In this document: in pieces, positions 38,386-50,290 of the stretch
How positions within the stretch are numbered: the first letter of the stretch is position 1
Layout: each line of letters starts with the position of its first letter
Source: Negaprion brevirostris
Lineage: Eukaryota
Length of the DNA stretch: 64,000 bases
Assembly: GCA_030324005.1 (NCBI GenBank)
Contig: JARDVH010000073.1
Location: forward strand, 81,719,158 to 81,783,157
Direction of reading: 5' to 3'
Program-made: the position numbers and the translations under genes
Notes under the pieces: generated by a model
What the model saw: only the letters and a program-made list of their open reading frames with translations
The model's database searches: none
What the model was told of the DNA's origin: nothing

Positions 38386-41045
38386 GAGGCAGAATTTTAT
38401 GATTTTTTGGTCATGTCAACTGAGGTGGGAAAACTGATGTGCTGCCCACCATATTTGAAGGAAAAAAACTCATCTTCTCCAGTGGGCATAATCAGAGTCA
38501 CCCGTCCTGCCATCAGCCAAGTGCTTCAATTTCTGGGGAGCTCCAACTCTGATGAGCCCCAGCCAGGTGACTAGCTTCGGGACTCAGTCATCCCACGTTA
38601 CTGGAGCTCCAAAAGCAGGGAGGCATGTCCGTATCACTCCTCAGATTGTAAGGCCACTTGGAGGAATCCCAATGGCTTCTGTCTGAGGAGATTGTGCCAA
38701 CACTCTGAGGCATCCAGCTCAACACTGCAAGATTGGTGGCTGCAGGGGAGACTTTGGTGCTGGACGTCTGCCATGCACATGTGGAAGGCACAACCTACCT
38801 GGTACAGTGCATAATCTCTATGGTGGAGAGCGTAAACTCCATAGTGCAGGCACTTGTGGGCATCTATGAGTGTCAGTGCCAGAGGATGGCAGGACTTCTG
38901 GACCTCACTCCAGCTACCTGTCTGTCCCAAGGAGGAAGCCAGGGGCCATAAGGAAGAGGAAAGGCTGGTCCATAGACTGGGGCCTTCCAACCAGGAGACT
39001 CTGAGGATGTCCAGCCTATCAGACTCTTCTCCTTCTGTAACCATTCCAATCTCGCACGCCAACAAGGGTGGCATGACCACACCGCAGCACACTGAAAACA
39101 TGCCCGAGCCCCCCTCATACCAAGACATGCAGGCAGAAGGCTGCTTCCACCTCTGCGGTGGAGCCTGGGAAGACATTAAGATGCAGAGGTAAGGTTAGAA
39201 AGATGAAGAAAGTTTAGCTGCACTGAGTGGCACGGATGTTATTAAGCAATTGCAGATAGCAAGCCCTTATGTATGAATTAAACTACCTTTGCCAAAGGAG
39301 GCTGCATCAGGAGAGCTGAGTCTTATATGTGACATCGCCTTGATAACAACCTGATCACTGGGATTTTGGAGCTGCCTTTAGCCAGGTAAGAGTCAAACAT
39401 TTGCAGTATCTGTTTGAGCAGCAATGGTGTGATGAGGGGCAACTGCTGCTCTCCCTGACATGGTCCTTTCAGGTTTCAGTGAGTGCTGCCAGCAGACAAT
39501 CAGCAAGGCCATCTCTAATGATGGGGCTCTACTGGTCAACCTAATCCTAGCCATCATTGAAGTGTGAGGTTATCAGGATGTCCCAAGATCTTTTCCCTCT
39601 TCTAACTCTTGCCATCACAAAATGGCCTTCCTTTGCCTCCTTTAGGGCTTCCTCCATATGACCCACCTCTAGGTTCTCCTCATTTGAGGAGATGTGCCAC
39701 TCATCCATCTCCTCAGCCAGCACCTCAGCTCCTCATTCCATCACACAATCCAACCTCCCATCCATTACTCTGCCTAAACTTCCGGCTGCTTTTTCAAGGT
39801 CGGCTGCCTCAGAAAAGCAGTTGCATAATCAAGGATCCTATGCACCCTGGGTATAATCTCTTCCAACTTCTTCCACCAGGAAAAAGATACAAAAGTCTGA
39901 GGACATGTACCAACCATCTCAAGAACAGCTTCTTCCCTGCTGCCGTCAGACTTTTGAATGGACGTACTTTGCATTAAATTGATNNNNNNNNNNNNNNNNN
40001 NNNNNNNNNNNNNNNNNNNNNNNNNNNNNNNNNNNNNNNNNNNNNNNNNNNNNNNNNNNNNNNNNNNNNNNNNNNNNNNNNNNNNNNNNNNNNNNTTATT
40101 GAATGGCGGGGCAGGCTCGAAGGGCTAGATGGCCTACTCCTGCTCCTATTTCTTATGTTCTTATGTGAGACCCTCTGGAGACTGTATTACAGGTCTCCAC
40201 CTGACTACTCCAGGCACCCAAACTGCTTCTTCAACACCCCAGTCGTCTGCTTGACCAAAGTGCGAGCGGCAGCATCAGCCTCATTGTATCAGTCTTCTGT
40301 GGCTTCTGCACAGACATCATCAGCCACACCCTCAGGGTGTACTCTTGTACCTGAGGAGCCACTCCTGTAGACATTCCATTCCCTCACATTCCTCAGGAAT
40401 CAGTGAGCACTCAAGGATGACCTTGTTGTGGTAGCTCTCCAAGAATCTAGCACATGTCTGGAGGATGAGTTTGTGTGGTCACATATAAGCTGCATGTTCA
40501 GGGAGTGGAAGCCCTTGCGGTTAAAAAAGGAGATTCACTAACCCGGTGCTTGGTCTCTATGGCACACTTGTATATATCTCCTGCTCTTCTGCTGAGCCAG
40601 TGCCTGTCTGTGGTGCACACTCTTCCCTTCACTGACTTGGTGCACGTCCTCTATGGCTACCCACAGTATGCAACTCCTCCCCTCCGATCACCAATCCCCC
40701 AGACCCACGACACATACCGCAAATGCCCTCCCACATTAGGAGCCCCATTGCTGGCTACACCCCCCAAACCCTACCTGCCCAGTGCCTTCCCTCCCCTGGG
40801 GTCCCTGGGGCCAGTGCCAGCCAGGGACTCATCTCCAAACTCCCCTGCGAAAGTGAGATTGCCAGGTCTTTGATTTTTAAAAAGCTGTTGTAAAACCTGC
40901 CAGTGTGACATTATAATGCCAGAAGCCAATCATTGAGAGGGTGGTTATAGCAGGACTGGCCACTAATGACATAATGATGAATTCAAATGAGGTTTCCAAC
41001 CTTTCTGGGCAGTCTGAGGCAAACAGGGGCACAAAATCCTGGCCA
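38386..41045. mobile_element. second decayed PIF/Harbinger element (opposite orientation)
   Basis: Minus-strand nuclease MQLICDH..ARF..; YNEADAAARTLVKQTTGVLKKQFGCLE*SGGDL*YSPERVS (40165-40500); plus-strand Myb-protein C-terminal remnant ~38600-39190; TIR-like ends GGCAGAATTTTATG and CAAAATCCTGGCC. Confidence 0.75.
39795..39983 (+). mobile_element. Rex1-type LINE 3' fragment
   Basis: IIKDPMHPGYNLFQLLPPGKRYKSLRTCTNHLKNSFFPAAVRLLN. Confidence 0.9.
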
Positions 41046-41157
41046 CGGTAAGTCATGACTTTTACAGACAAAGCATCCTTAAAATGATGGTCAACCAAGA
41101 AATAAAAAAGAATTGGTACTAAGATAGGCATGCCCCATTAAATTACTACCCATGTTT

Positions 41158-41460
41158 AAAGTTTAAAATTTATTTATTAGTATCACAAATAGGTTTACGT
41201 TAACATTGCAATGAAGTTACTGTGAAAATCCCCTAGTTGCCATACTCCAGTGCCTGTTCGGGTACACTAAGGGAGAATTTAGCATGGGCAGTGCACCTAA
41301 CCAGCAGGTCTTTTGGACTGTGGGAGGAAACTGGGGCATCTGGAGGAAACTCACACAGACACGGGGAGAACGTGCAGACTCCACACAGATAGTGACCCAA
41401 GCCAGTAATCGAACCCGGGTCCCTGGTGCTGTGGAGTAACAGTTCTAACAAATGTGCCAC
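41158..41460 (-). mobile_element. HE1/V-type SINE with Rex1-like tail
   Basis: Full head, central domain and tail on the minus strand. Confidence 0.9.
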
Positions 41461-42194
41461 CTTGTGGTGTGTTGGCTTGGAGGGGGGGGATGGTGGTTAG
41501 TTGGTTGTGACGGTGGATTGGGCACAGGAAATAATTTGTGGCCTAATTTACATCACTGCCCAAATTAAGTCAACATTAAGGAAAATTGGCTGGTCTATAA
41601 TAAAGCTAGACAAGCTGGAACTAATGACTGGACCCCAGAGATCATTATTATTCTGTAAGCTTCAACAATCTGGTCATTTCTACAGCATATGACAATGAGG
41701 TTTCACGTGTAGAGTGGCTCAATGCCTTCTCTCATCTACGTTCCTGCTAATTCCAGAATTCACTATCAACATATGTGTCGAGAAATAAAAGTTAATGGTA
41801 TTTTGTTCAACAATTTTGTTATGTTTATGACATGATTTCAAATTGGTGTTCTGCTACCTTTTAAACTTACAATGAAGCCTAGGTATTGAGAGGTGAAGCC
41901 TTATGATCAGAACTCCATTTGGAACAGTTACAAGGAATTAGAATTAATTTTAAGGATAGGACCACAATTGGGTGAGGGGACTGGTGGGGGGTGGGGGTGG
42001 GGGTGTGCATCATGTGTGGCATTGAATTCTTCACTTTAAAAATGTTCATGGTCTAATCTCTGGACTGTGTTGAAGCCTAAAGAGTAGAGTTGCTTGCAGA
42101 AACCTTGAGAACGTCCTGGATCAAGAATAGACTGGTGAAAGCTGGGCAAGGAAATTATTTTGGATGAGTGATGGCTTCCACAGTTAAATAGCTG

Positions 42195-42502
42195 CCACAG
42201 TGGTTAGCACTGCTGCCCTACAGTGTCAGGGACCCGGGCTCAATTCTCAGCTTGGGTTCACTATCCGTGCAGAGTTTGCACATTCTTCCCGTGTCTGTGT
42301 GTGTTTCCTCCGGGTACTCTTATTTCCCCCCACAATCCAAAGATTTGCGGACTAGCTGGATTGGCCATACTAAGTTGCCCCTTAGTGTCGGGACTAGGTG
42401 GGATAAATGCATGGGGATAGGGTCGGGGTGGGATTGTGGTTAGTGCAGACTCGAAGGGCTGAATGGCCTCCTTCTGCACGGTAGGATTCTCTGATTCTAT
42501 GA
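42195..42502 (+). mobile_element. HE1 SINE with CR1-like tail
   Basis: GGGCTGAATGGCCTCCTTCTGCACGGTAGGATTCTCTGATTCTATG tail. Confidence 0.9.
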
Positions 42503-43459
42503 ATTGACATTCATTCTTAGATGAAGCCTGAATACTCTGGAAAGGTACTAAAGAACTATCATGAGCTTCAGTTACCAACTGTAGCGGGTTTAACTGAAAA
42601 AAAAGAACACGCAGGAAATCTTTAGCGTTTGTTTCCCTTTTTGGTACGAACATTTCTTTTTAACTCATGTAGAAGCTTAGTTGCTGTGGTTTGGTGAGCA
42701 TGAAGATATAATTTGAAATTGGTTGAAGCATGATCAAAGCCCAACAGCAGGAGGGTGCTGAATTGATTTCCACTGAAGCATTGAGTCGGTGATTGAATCT
42801 GTGTTGAAGTCAGTGTAGTGCCATTGTATTTGTATGACTGCTCCTGTAACCAGTTATTCAAATAGTATGTCATCAGAACCATCCAGTCATTTACGGTACT
42901 CGAGCAGAATTCCAGAGTTCCTCAATTTAAACACCACTGTGTAAAGTTCTGAAAAAATAACCACTGGAAGCTATCAGTATATTTTAAAGCCTAATTAGTT
43001 CTCTAATGTCCTTTGGGGAATAGAAGCTGCCAACCCTACCCAATTTCATTGGCATGGCTCCAGCCTCACAGTGCTGGATTGATGTTTAATGCATTCTAAT
43101 ATGGTCAAATGAACCATCCAGTTGTAATTACACAGATAAATAATAAGCAAATTGGGCAGACCTATCACCATTGACCCAAGGTAAGACTAAGCTGAGAGTG
43201 TCTTAGTTGTCCCAGCAAAATCCTTCTCAGCTAAGTATCACCTGCAATATCACCTCTCTCTCTATAACTTAAGGACAGTACAGATGCACAGTCACCACTG
43301 TGTTGAAGAAGCAAGGACGTGGAATGTCCTGTGGGTAAGGGAGATTTCACTGTCCACTGCCAAGCCTGGGTCGGTCGGACTGAGCTGGCTGAGTCCTGAG
43401 GGCTTAGCCACACATCTGAGTCTAAAGCTAGCAGACAGGATAAGGCAAATCAGAAAGTA

Positions 43460-44125
43460 AAAAGAAAAGGCCTGCATTTGAACAGTATCTTTTGTAACCT
43501 CATGCCATTCCAAAATGCTTTACAGCCAGTGAAATACTTTTGCAGTGTAGCCACTGTTGGAATGTAGGCAACGCAGCAGCCAATTTTTACACTGGAAGCT
43601 TCCACAGCATAATAGTGTGATAATGAACAGATGTCCTGTTTTTAGGGATGATGATTGAGGAATAAATATTGGCCGAGGAAATGTGAATACCACATCTTCA
43701 AAATAGTGCCACTTTTAACAGTGCAGTATTCCTTCAGTACCGCGCTGGAGAGTCAACCCAGAGTTTGTGCTAAAGTAAGTTTATCTATTCATCAAAAGTA
43801 GACTTACAATAACACTGCATTGAAGTTACTGTGAAAATCCCCTCGTCACCACATTCCAGTGCCTGTTCAGGTACACTGAGGGAGCATTTAATATGGCCAA
43901 TGCATTTAACCAGCACGTCTTTAGGACTGTGGGAGGAAACTGAAGGAGACCCATAGGGAGAGCATGCAAACTCCACACAGACAGTGACCCAAGCTGGGAA
44001 TCGAACCTGGGTCCCTGGCACCGTGAGGCAACAGGGCTAACACACTGCCACTGTAAGGTCTCCTGATTGGGACTTGAGTGCGTAACTTTCTGGCTTTCAG
44101 GCAAAGTGCTACTCACTGAGCCATG
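43460..44125 (-). mobile_element. DeuSINE (SacSINE1/AmnSINE1-like), split by a younger HE1-type SINE (43780-44055)
   Basis: Deu-domain text TTGAGGAATAAATATTGGCC..CTTCAAATAGTGCC..CAGTGCAGTATTCCTTCAGTAC; tRNA head ending CACTGAGCCA; other Deu fragments at ~26940-27070, 51060-51170 and 63010-63156. Confidence 0.75.
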
Positions 44126-47100
44126 GTTGACACTAATGGTTAAGTGATCCCTACTTTGTTTGATAAAGGACTGAAGATTATTAGATGAAGTAAAACTGTG
44201 ATAGACAAAAGCATTCTACACTTTTAAGCCTTTAATAGGGAATCAGGAATGTTCCTTTGGGGTCTCTCCAAAACTGCATTATACAGACTTGATACAGTTA
44301 GAAGCTCCTATGCATATTTTAACATCTGCAAAGATCACAATAACTCAATAGCCTCCTGCTGCTGATTCCTAGTTTCCTGGATTTCTTTTCAAAAGTTCAA
44401 CACATTTCAATTCCTTCAAATATTTACAAAGATGATAACTCATTCATGCTCTGTTGGAAATGTCTCAGAGACACTTGTTCTTCAGCTCAGTGTGGGATTT
44501 CTGTGTTCAACAGGAATTAAACACTGTTACTGCTTCTGTTTCCTCACTCCAGTAGGTCAGCAAGGTAGCATACCAGGGACANNNNNNNNNNNNNNNNNNN
44601 NNNNNNNNNNNNNNNNNNNNNNNNNNNNNNNNNNNNNNNNNNNNNNNNNNNNNNNNNNNNNNNNNNNNNNNNNNNNNNNNNGAACACCCCTTCCCTGATA
44701 GCTCTATTCATGTAATGTAATACTGAGCTAAAGGATCCAGAAGGTCACAAGTATGCACTTAACTAGTCGCTCTCGACCAAGGTGGCAATAGGAATGCCCC
44801 TGGTGTACAGGGGCAACAATCAACCAGGGTTCAACTTCTGGATCACTTTTCCTTATCATTGACTCGAATGTTTGTCGACATTGCAGCGAGGTAGGATTAG
44901 ACTTTTCTGTAATACCCCTCAACTGTTCGACTGTTCAGGTTCACACACATGAAGAACGCAAACTTATGTGACAAACTAGAAAGCAAAAGAAAACAAAAAA
45001 ACGACTAAGCTTGACGTCACTGCTTCTGTCCTCATCCTAATTACCCACCCAGTTAGTCACCAGTTGGTGAAGGACATGCCCAGACATTGTCCCCAACTCC
45101 CTGGCAGTGTCCCTGGTAGTGCCCCCTACCAGGGAGCACTGCCAGGTGACCTTCTGGGGAGCTCCACTGCAGGTCTCCCTTTGTCCATGGGGAGGTTGGA
45201 GTTGACTTTCTGTATGAGAGGTCACAATGCCCATGGGGGGAAGGGGGGCAGGGGGTTACCCATGCCAGTGCAAGTTTAGGTGTCTATTGTGTGGGGTCCT
45301 GTAATTTAAAGTGGAGGTTGGGTGCCCTTTATCTCGGGATTCCTGGCATTGCCAACTTTCTTAGGCTCCCTCTTCCCCTCCAGCTGACAGTATGAATCTC
45401 ACTTCCCCTTTGAAATTTCAGAGTGCTGTTCAACCTAGCAAGAAAATCTGGCTGTGCAGCGGGTGACATTCATGCTGGTTTTCTCTCCTGAGGCAACACT
45501 GTGCATTTTTGGGAAGACTCCGGACAAAGACTCTTTGCCTATTGTCGACATTCGCTCAAGATGGGGTTGAGGGATATTCATTTGAAAAAGTGGCTATAAG
45601 GCTGAAATGTTCCAGTGTTTACTTAAATAGCTCAAACAAAGAAATGGAGCGCAGAGAGAGGCCTTCCACCAACCCAGCCTCCACACCTGGTTGTCTTGCT
45701 TCAACCCAGCCTGTCCGCAACACACCCCCNNNNNNNNNNCGGAACTAAAATCCCAACAGTAGGCAGCCATTGTTAAAGGTCAGGAACTTCTTTCCCTGTC
45801 TTTGCCCACCTGACACGGGACTGAAAATGTGAGTCCCGGCTTGGGGCTCACTGGCTAGAATTTTACCACCCGTCCGCCATGAGAATCGGAGTGGGCGAGG
45901 GAGGAACATTGGAAGGCCCATTGATCCCGGGTGGGATTTTATGGTTTTGGGATGAGCAACCCAGTAAAATCTCACCCATTGTCTGTTTTGTCAGAAAACA
46001 AATCTGTAGGCTGCCCAAGACTTTCACTGCAACCTTTCAAATATATGAGAAGAGTGGAAAAGTTTGTTGAGGTGGTATTTCTGTTCTTGTCTCCAGAAGC
46101 AATGCGATCCACAACATGTCCAGAATTATCTCCAGCTGCTGGATTCTGCTACAGCTGAGATGAAAAGTCAATACTCTACTGATCCTGTATCCGTGGAATG
46201 AGTTCTTGGAAGCAGTCACTGCCTCTACTTTTTAGCTCCATTCTATCTCTAGTCTTTGTAAGCTTTCTTCTAAACAGGTTCATTAATATTAATAAAACCC
46301 ACACAAGCAGGCTAAACATAACTAATGCAACATTCCTCTCTGTATAAGCCTTTAGATCCAATGACGCTCATTGTTAAATTTTATGAGCCCTTTTCTTAAA
46401 CAATGATGACTATTAAACAGTGCCCACATCAGCTCAGAACAGTTTAATGTAAGGCAAATTTATTATGAAGACTTAATTGTGTAGAAGAGCTTTGGTTTTT
46501 TTGAAACTATAAGCACAAAAGTTTGTACAGAATATAATCTGTGATTAACACCTCTGTTTTGGTCTGTTTGAGAAAGCTTCAACCCTGCACTTTAGATAGC
46601 AGAACTGTGGTTTTAGTTGGACAATGCTCCTTACTGTTCCTGGTTGTTGCAGGATTCTTGTTGTACACTCATTGCCCTCATGTGACCTGGCATTGCAGGG
46701 CATCATGAGTTCCACGTACAGATGGTAGGCCCCTTCACCAAGCAACCAGCCTCTGGTTTATCTCTGCCTTGAATATAATAGGAATGGCTGCCTGATGCAG
46801 GATAAATCATCCTGGTGGCCGTCAAGGGATAATGAGCATTCATTGACATGATGGCCACGATTCCCCCATCTCGCTACACTAAAAAATTAGCGCATGCTTT
46901 GCTGCCGTGAAAGCATCTCCCAGCATCGGATTTCCGGCGGGATCTGCTCCACACCAGAAATCGGTGGGGAGGTATGGAAGTAATTTAAATGTTATTTTAT
47001 ATGTAATTTAAGTTTCATTAACGGGCCCGGGACTAATGTCTCTGGGCTCACTAGCCTCTCCGCAGCCTGCCCCCGGCTAGGAGTATTTCACTCCAGCGGG

Positions 47101-48389
47101 GTTTACAATTGCTCCCCACTTACGGGGAGCAGGCAGCCCAACCGTGCTCGAGTGAAAGGGGGGGCAAATGGGGCCCCCAGAGGGTTGGGTGCCAGGAGGA
47201 ATCTGCTGGGCATTGGCACCCTGGCAATATCAGTCTGTGACCCCTTGCACTGCTCAAGTGACAAAGTGCCAATGCCCAGGGGGTACCTTGACACTGCCCA
47301 TCAGGCATAGGGCAGTGACAAATGGACGGGGCTTCTGGGGGTCAGGGCCTACAGGACAATCAGAAGGGGGGATTGAGGAGGGGTCCTGCTGATACTCTGC
47401 AGTCAGCATCGGTGGAGGAAGGAGCAAGGCCGTGTTCAGGGAGGGCTGGGGGGGGTGGTGTGGTCAGCCTGTTGGGTGGGTCAACACTATGGAAGGAGGC
47501 ATTGACATCGCGGTTGGGTCGGGATCTGCGGGGGAGGGGTTACTATCAGGGTGGGCGGCTGGAGATTAGGGCAGCGGGCGGGGGAGGGTCCGGGGATGGT
47601 TGAGATGCCAACAATTGGCCCAGGGAGGGGGTGGAGGTCAGGTGAGAGTCACACAACTGGCCAGTGATCGAGCCATTGAGGGGGTTGTGGGAGTCATGGA
47701 CAACCACTATCTTATCTCGAGTAGGGTAAGGGGGCAAGTCCCAAATGCCAGAATGGGGATTAAACTCCATGCGCTATTGGCACCAACGTGATCTAATTGG
47801 CCCTCAAGGAGTGCAAGTTATTATAGTAACATGCACTTTTAAATATATGTTGCAGCCTGGAGCTGTGATGGCAGAGGTTACAATATTTTCCCCATCACGT
47901 GGCTTACAGGAATCTTTGTCTCTCTCGCCACTTGTCATTGTTGTGATTGGAAGGACGTACAAATTGATACTAAACCTGTCTGACNNNNNNNNNNNNNNNN
48001 NNNNNNNNNNNNNNNNNNNNNNNNNNNNNNNNNNNNNNNNNNNNNNNNNNNNNNNNNNNNNNNNNNNNNNNNNNNNNNNNNNNNNNNNNNNNNNNNNNNN
48101 NNNNNNNNNNNNNNNNNNNNNNNNNNNNNNNNNNNNNNNNNNNNNNNNNNNNNNNNNNNNNNNNNNNNNNNNNNNNNNNNNNNNNNNNNNNNNNNNNNNN
48201 NNNNNNNNNNNNNNNNNNNNNNNNNNNNNNNNNNNNNNNNNNNNNNNNNNNNNNNNNNNNNNNNNNNNNNNNNNNNNNNNNNNNNNNNNNNNNNNNNNNN
48301 NNNNNNNNNNNNNNNNNNNNNNNNNNNNNNNNNNNNNNNNNNNNNNNNNNNNNNNNNNNNNNNNNNNNNNNNNNNNNNNNNNNNNNNNN

Positions 48390-48490
48390 CACCGCGTCCA
48401 ACATGGGTCGACCAATCAATATGTAGATTGAAATCCCCCATAATTACCGCCGTTCCATTCCTGCACACCGCACTTATTTGCGCGTTAACA
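48390..48490 (-). mobile_element. CR1 endonuclease fragment next to a gap
   Basis: GTAVIMGDFNLHIDW. Confidence 0.8.
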
Positions 48491-48870
48491 GTCAACGCCT
48501 CCCTGCACCATTTGAATTCCTGTAACTATGCCAGCTCATCTTGCTTCCTCCTGTTTAGAGAAAAGACAATGAAATTGCTTCTCCTTGAATACAAGGCATC
48601 TATGACCTCCCAGGTATATTGCATAGATGTTGCCAATGTTGCTAGGTCTAGCTGGGAGGACTCTGAGACATAGAAAGTGAGGGCTATCGGACCTTGGCTA
48701 CCACTGATTGTGCCTCTGTACAGCTGCAAATCCAATTGGCACAGTTCAATGACCACCTTAGAGAGAATAATAGTTGTCTCAGGTCTGTTCCTGACAGAGG
48801 TGGAGGTAAGTGAGGCGCCTTCTTCAGACCTCTACTGGAAGGTAGGTCGAACTGATACTACCACAATCTC
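48485..48870 (-). pseudogene. third HARBI1-like transposase, N-terminal remnant
   Basis: KVVIELCQ..ALTFYVSESSQ..EVIDALYSRRSNFIVFSL..KQDELA..MVQGGVDC. Confidence 0.7.
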
Positions 48871-48873
48871 CCT

Positions 48874-49258
48874 CTCGAGTAGGGTAAGGGGGCAAGTCCC
48901 AAATGCCGGAATAAGGATTAAACTCCATATGCTATTGGCACCAACATGGTCTAATTGGCCCCCAGGGAGAGCAAGTTATTATGGTAACATGCACTTTTAC
49001 ATATATGTTGTAGTCTGGAGCTATGATGGCAGAGGCTACAGTTTTTTCCCCAACACATGGCTTACAGGAACCTCTGCCTCTCTTGCCACTTGTCATTGCT
49101 GTAGTTGGAAGGATTTACAAATTGATGCTAAACCTGTCTGACTGCATTATAAATGCAGCTTCCTTGGCCATCAAGTCTAGGAATTGGACCTGAACACAGA
49201 GTATTCAGCTCAGAGACAACAATGCTGAATGATCTACATTGAGCCACAAGATCCTCTC
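48874..49258 (-). mobile_element. tRNA-derived SINE (distinct family); partial duplicate at 47716-47984
   Basis: Reverse head GGATCTTGTGGCTCAATG..CTCTGAGCTGAATACTCTGTGTTCAGGTCC..GACTTGATGGCCAAGGAAG. Confidence 0.6.
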
Positions 49259-49779
49259 AAGTCTTTTATTGAATGCAGTCCTCCTCCTCTCTTGGTGAAC
49301 AGTTTTCTCTCTGTGTTGTCTGTGTTCCATCTCCTCCAATGTTGCCCAAATAGAGACTGCAACTAAAGCCAGCATGAGTGATAATCTTTCTATTCAGAGG
49401 ACTTCAAGCTTCACTAGACTCAATTGTAAAGTCCAAAACCATTCCCTTCTGACTCAAACAATGTAAGAAAGTTCTCCCACACAATGCAGTACACAATGCT
49501 CATTTTGCAGCAGGAAAGTCAAAAACACCGAACCTGGAAGTCCAATGCTGGTGAACTTAAATAGCACTAATGGGACTTGTACAACTGACAGTGTTTTGAA
49601 GCAGCCCTTTGGAGGACCTTCCAGATCCAAAATGCCAAGTTGTCTTCCACTTCAGTGTTAGGCACTGAGTAACATCACAATCTGCCCACTCTGCATGCTT
49701 CTGGCTCATGGACAACATGCTTATGCTAGCCCTTACAAGTATGGTGCTCCCACAGGCCATGCCAAAAGTGGTTGGAAGA

Positions 49780-50290
49780 GGCTCAGTCTCCATTGTTAGA
49801 AGCGCTTGGCTCCAGAACACAATTCTGAAGCCTCTGTGATCTTTCCCTCAACTCTATCCTTCTCCCCAGCTGAAGGTCAATCAGAGTGGACCTACAATTC
49901 GAGTGGTCTCTTTATCCTGAGCTGAGCTTTAAGTCCTTTATCATGTCCATCAGCAAGATCCATAAATGCACCATTGATGCCCTCCCTAGTCCTACTTCAC
50001 TCTTCTGCACTGAAACCATGTTCCATGATCCTTCAAATCTGTAGATGTGCTCCCAAATTGCCTCAGTCTGGGATTTACTCTGTCTTGGCTCCAGCCTCTG
50101 GAATCCTTTCCTGAAATTTCTTCATGCCGTTACTTCCTTCTTTCCTTTCAAAACCTTTTCAAAACCTTTCCTTCATAATGTATTTTCGGTGAACTATTTA
50201 AAATCCTTCATCACTCAGTTCTCTACATGGACAGCGCCTCGCAACATTTGTTATGTTCAGGATGCAATATAAACGCTTGTTTTTGTTGAG
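49780..50290 (+). mobile_element. ancient L2 LINE 3' remnant
   Basis: LFDPELSF-like coding remnant (TTTATCCTGAGCTGAGCTTT), CTCTGGAATCC motif and GATGCAATATAAACGCTTGTTTTTGTTG tail. Confidence 0.6.
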
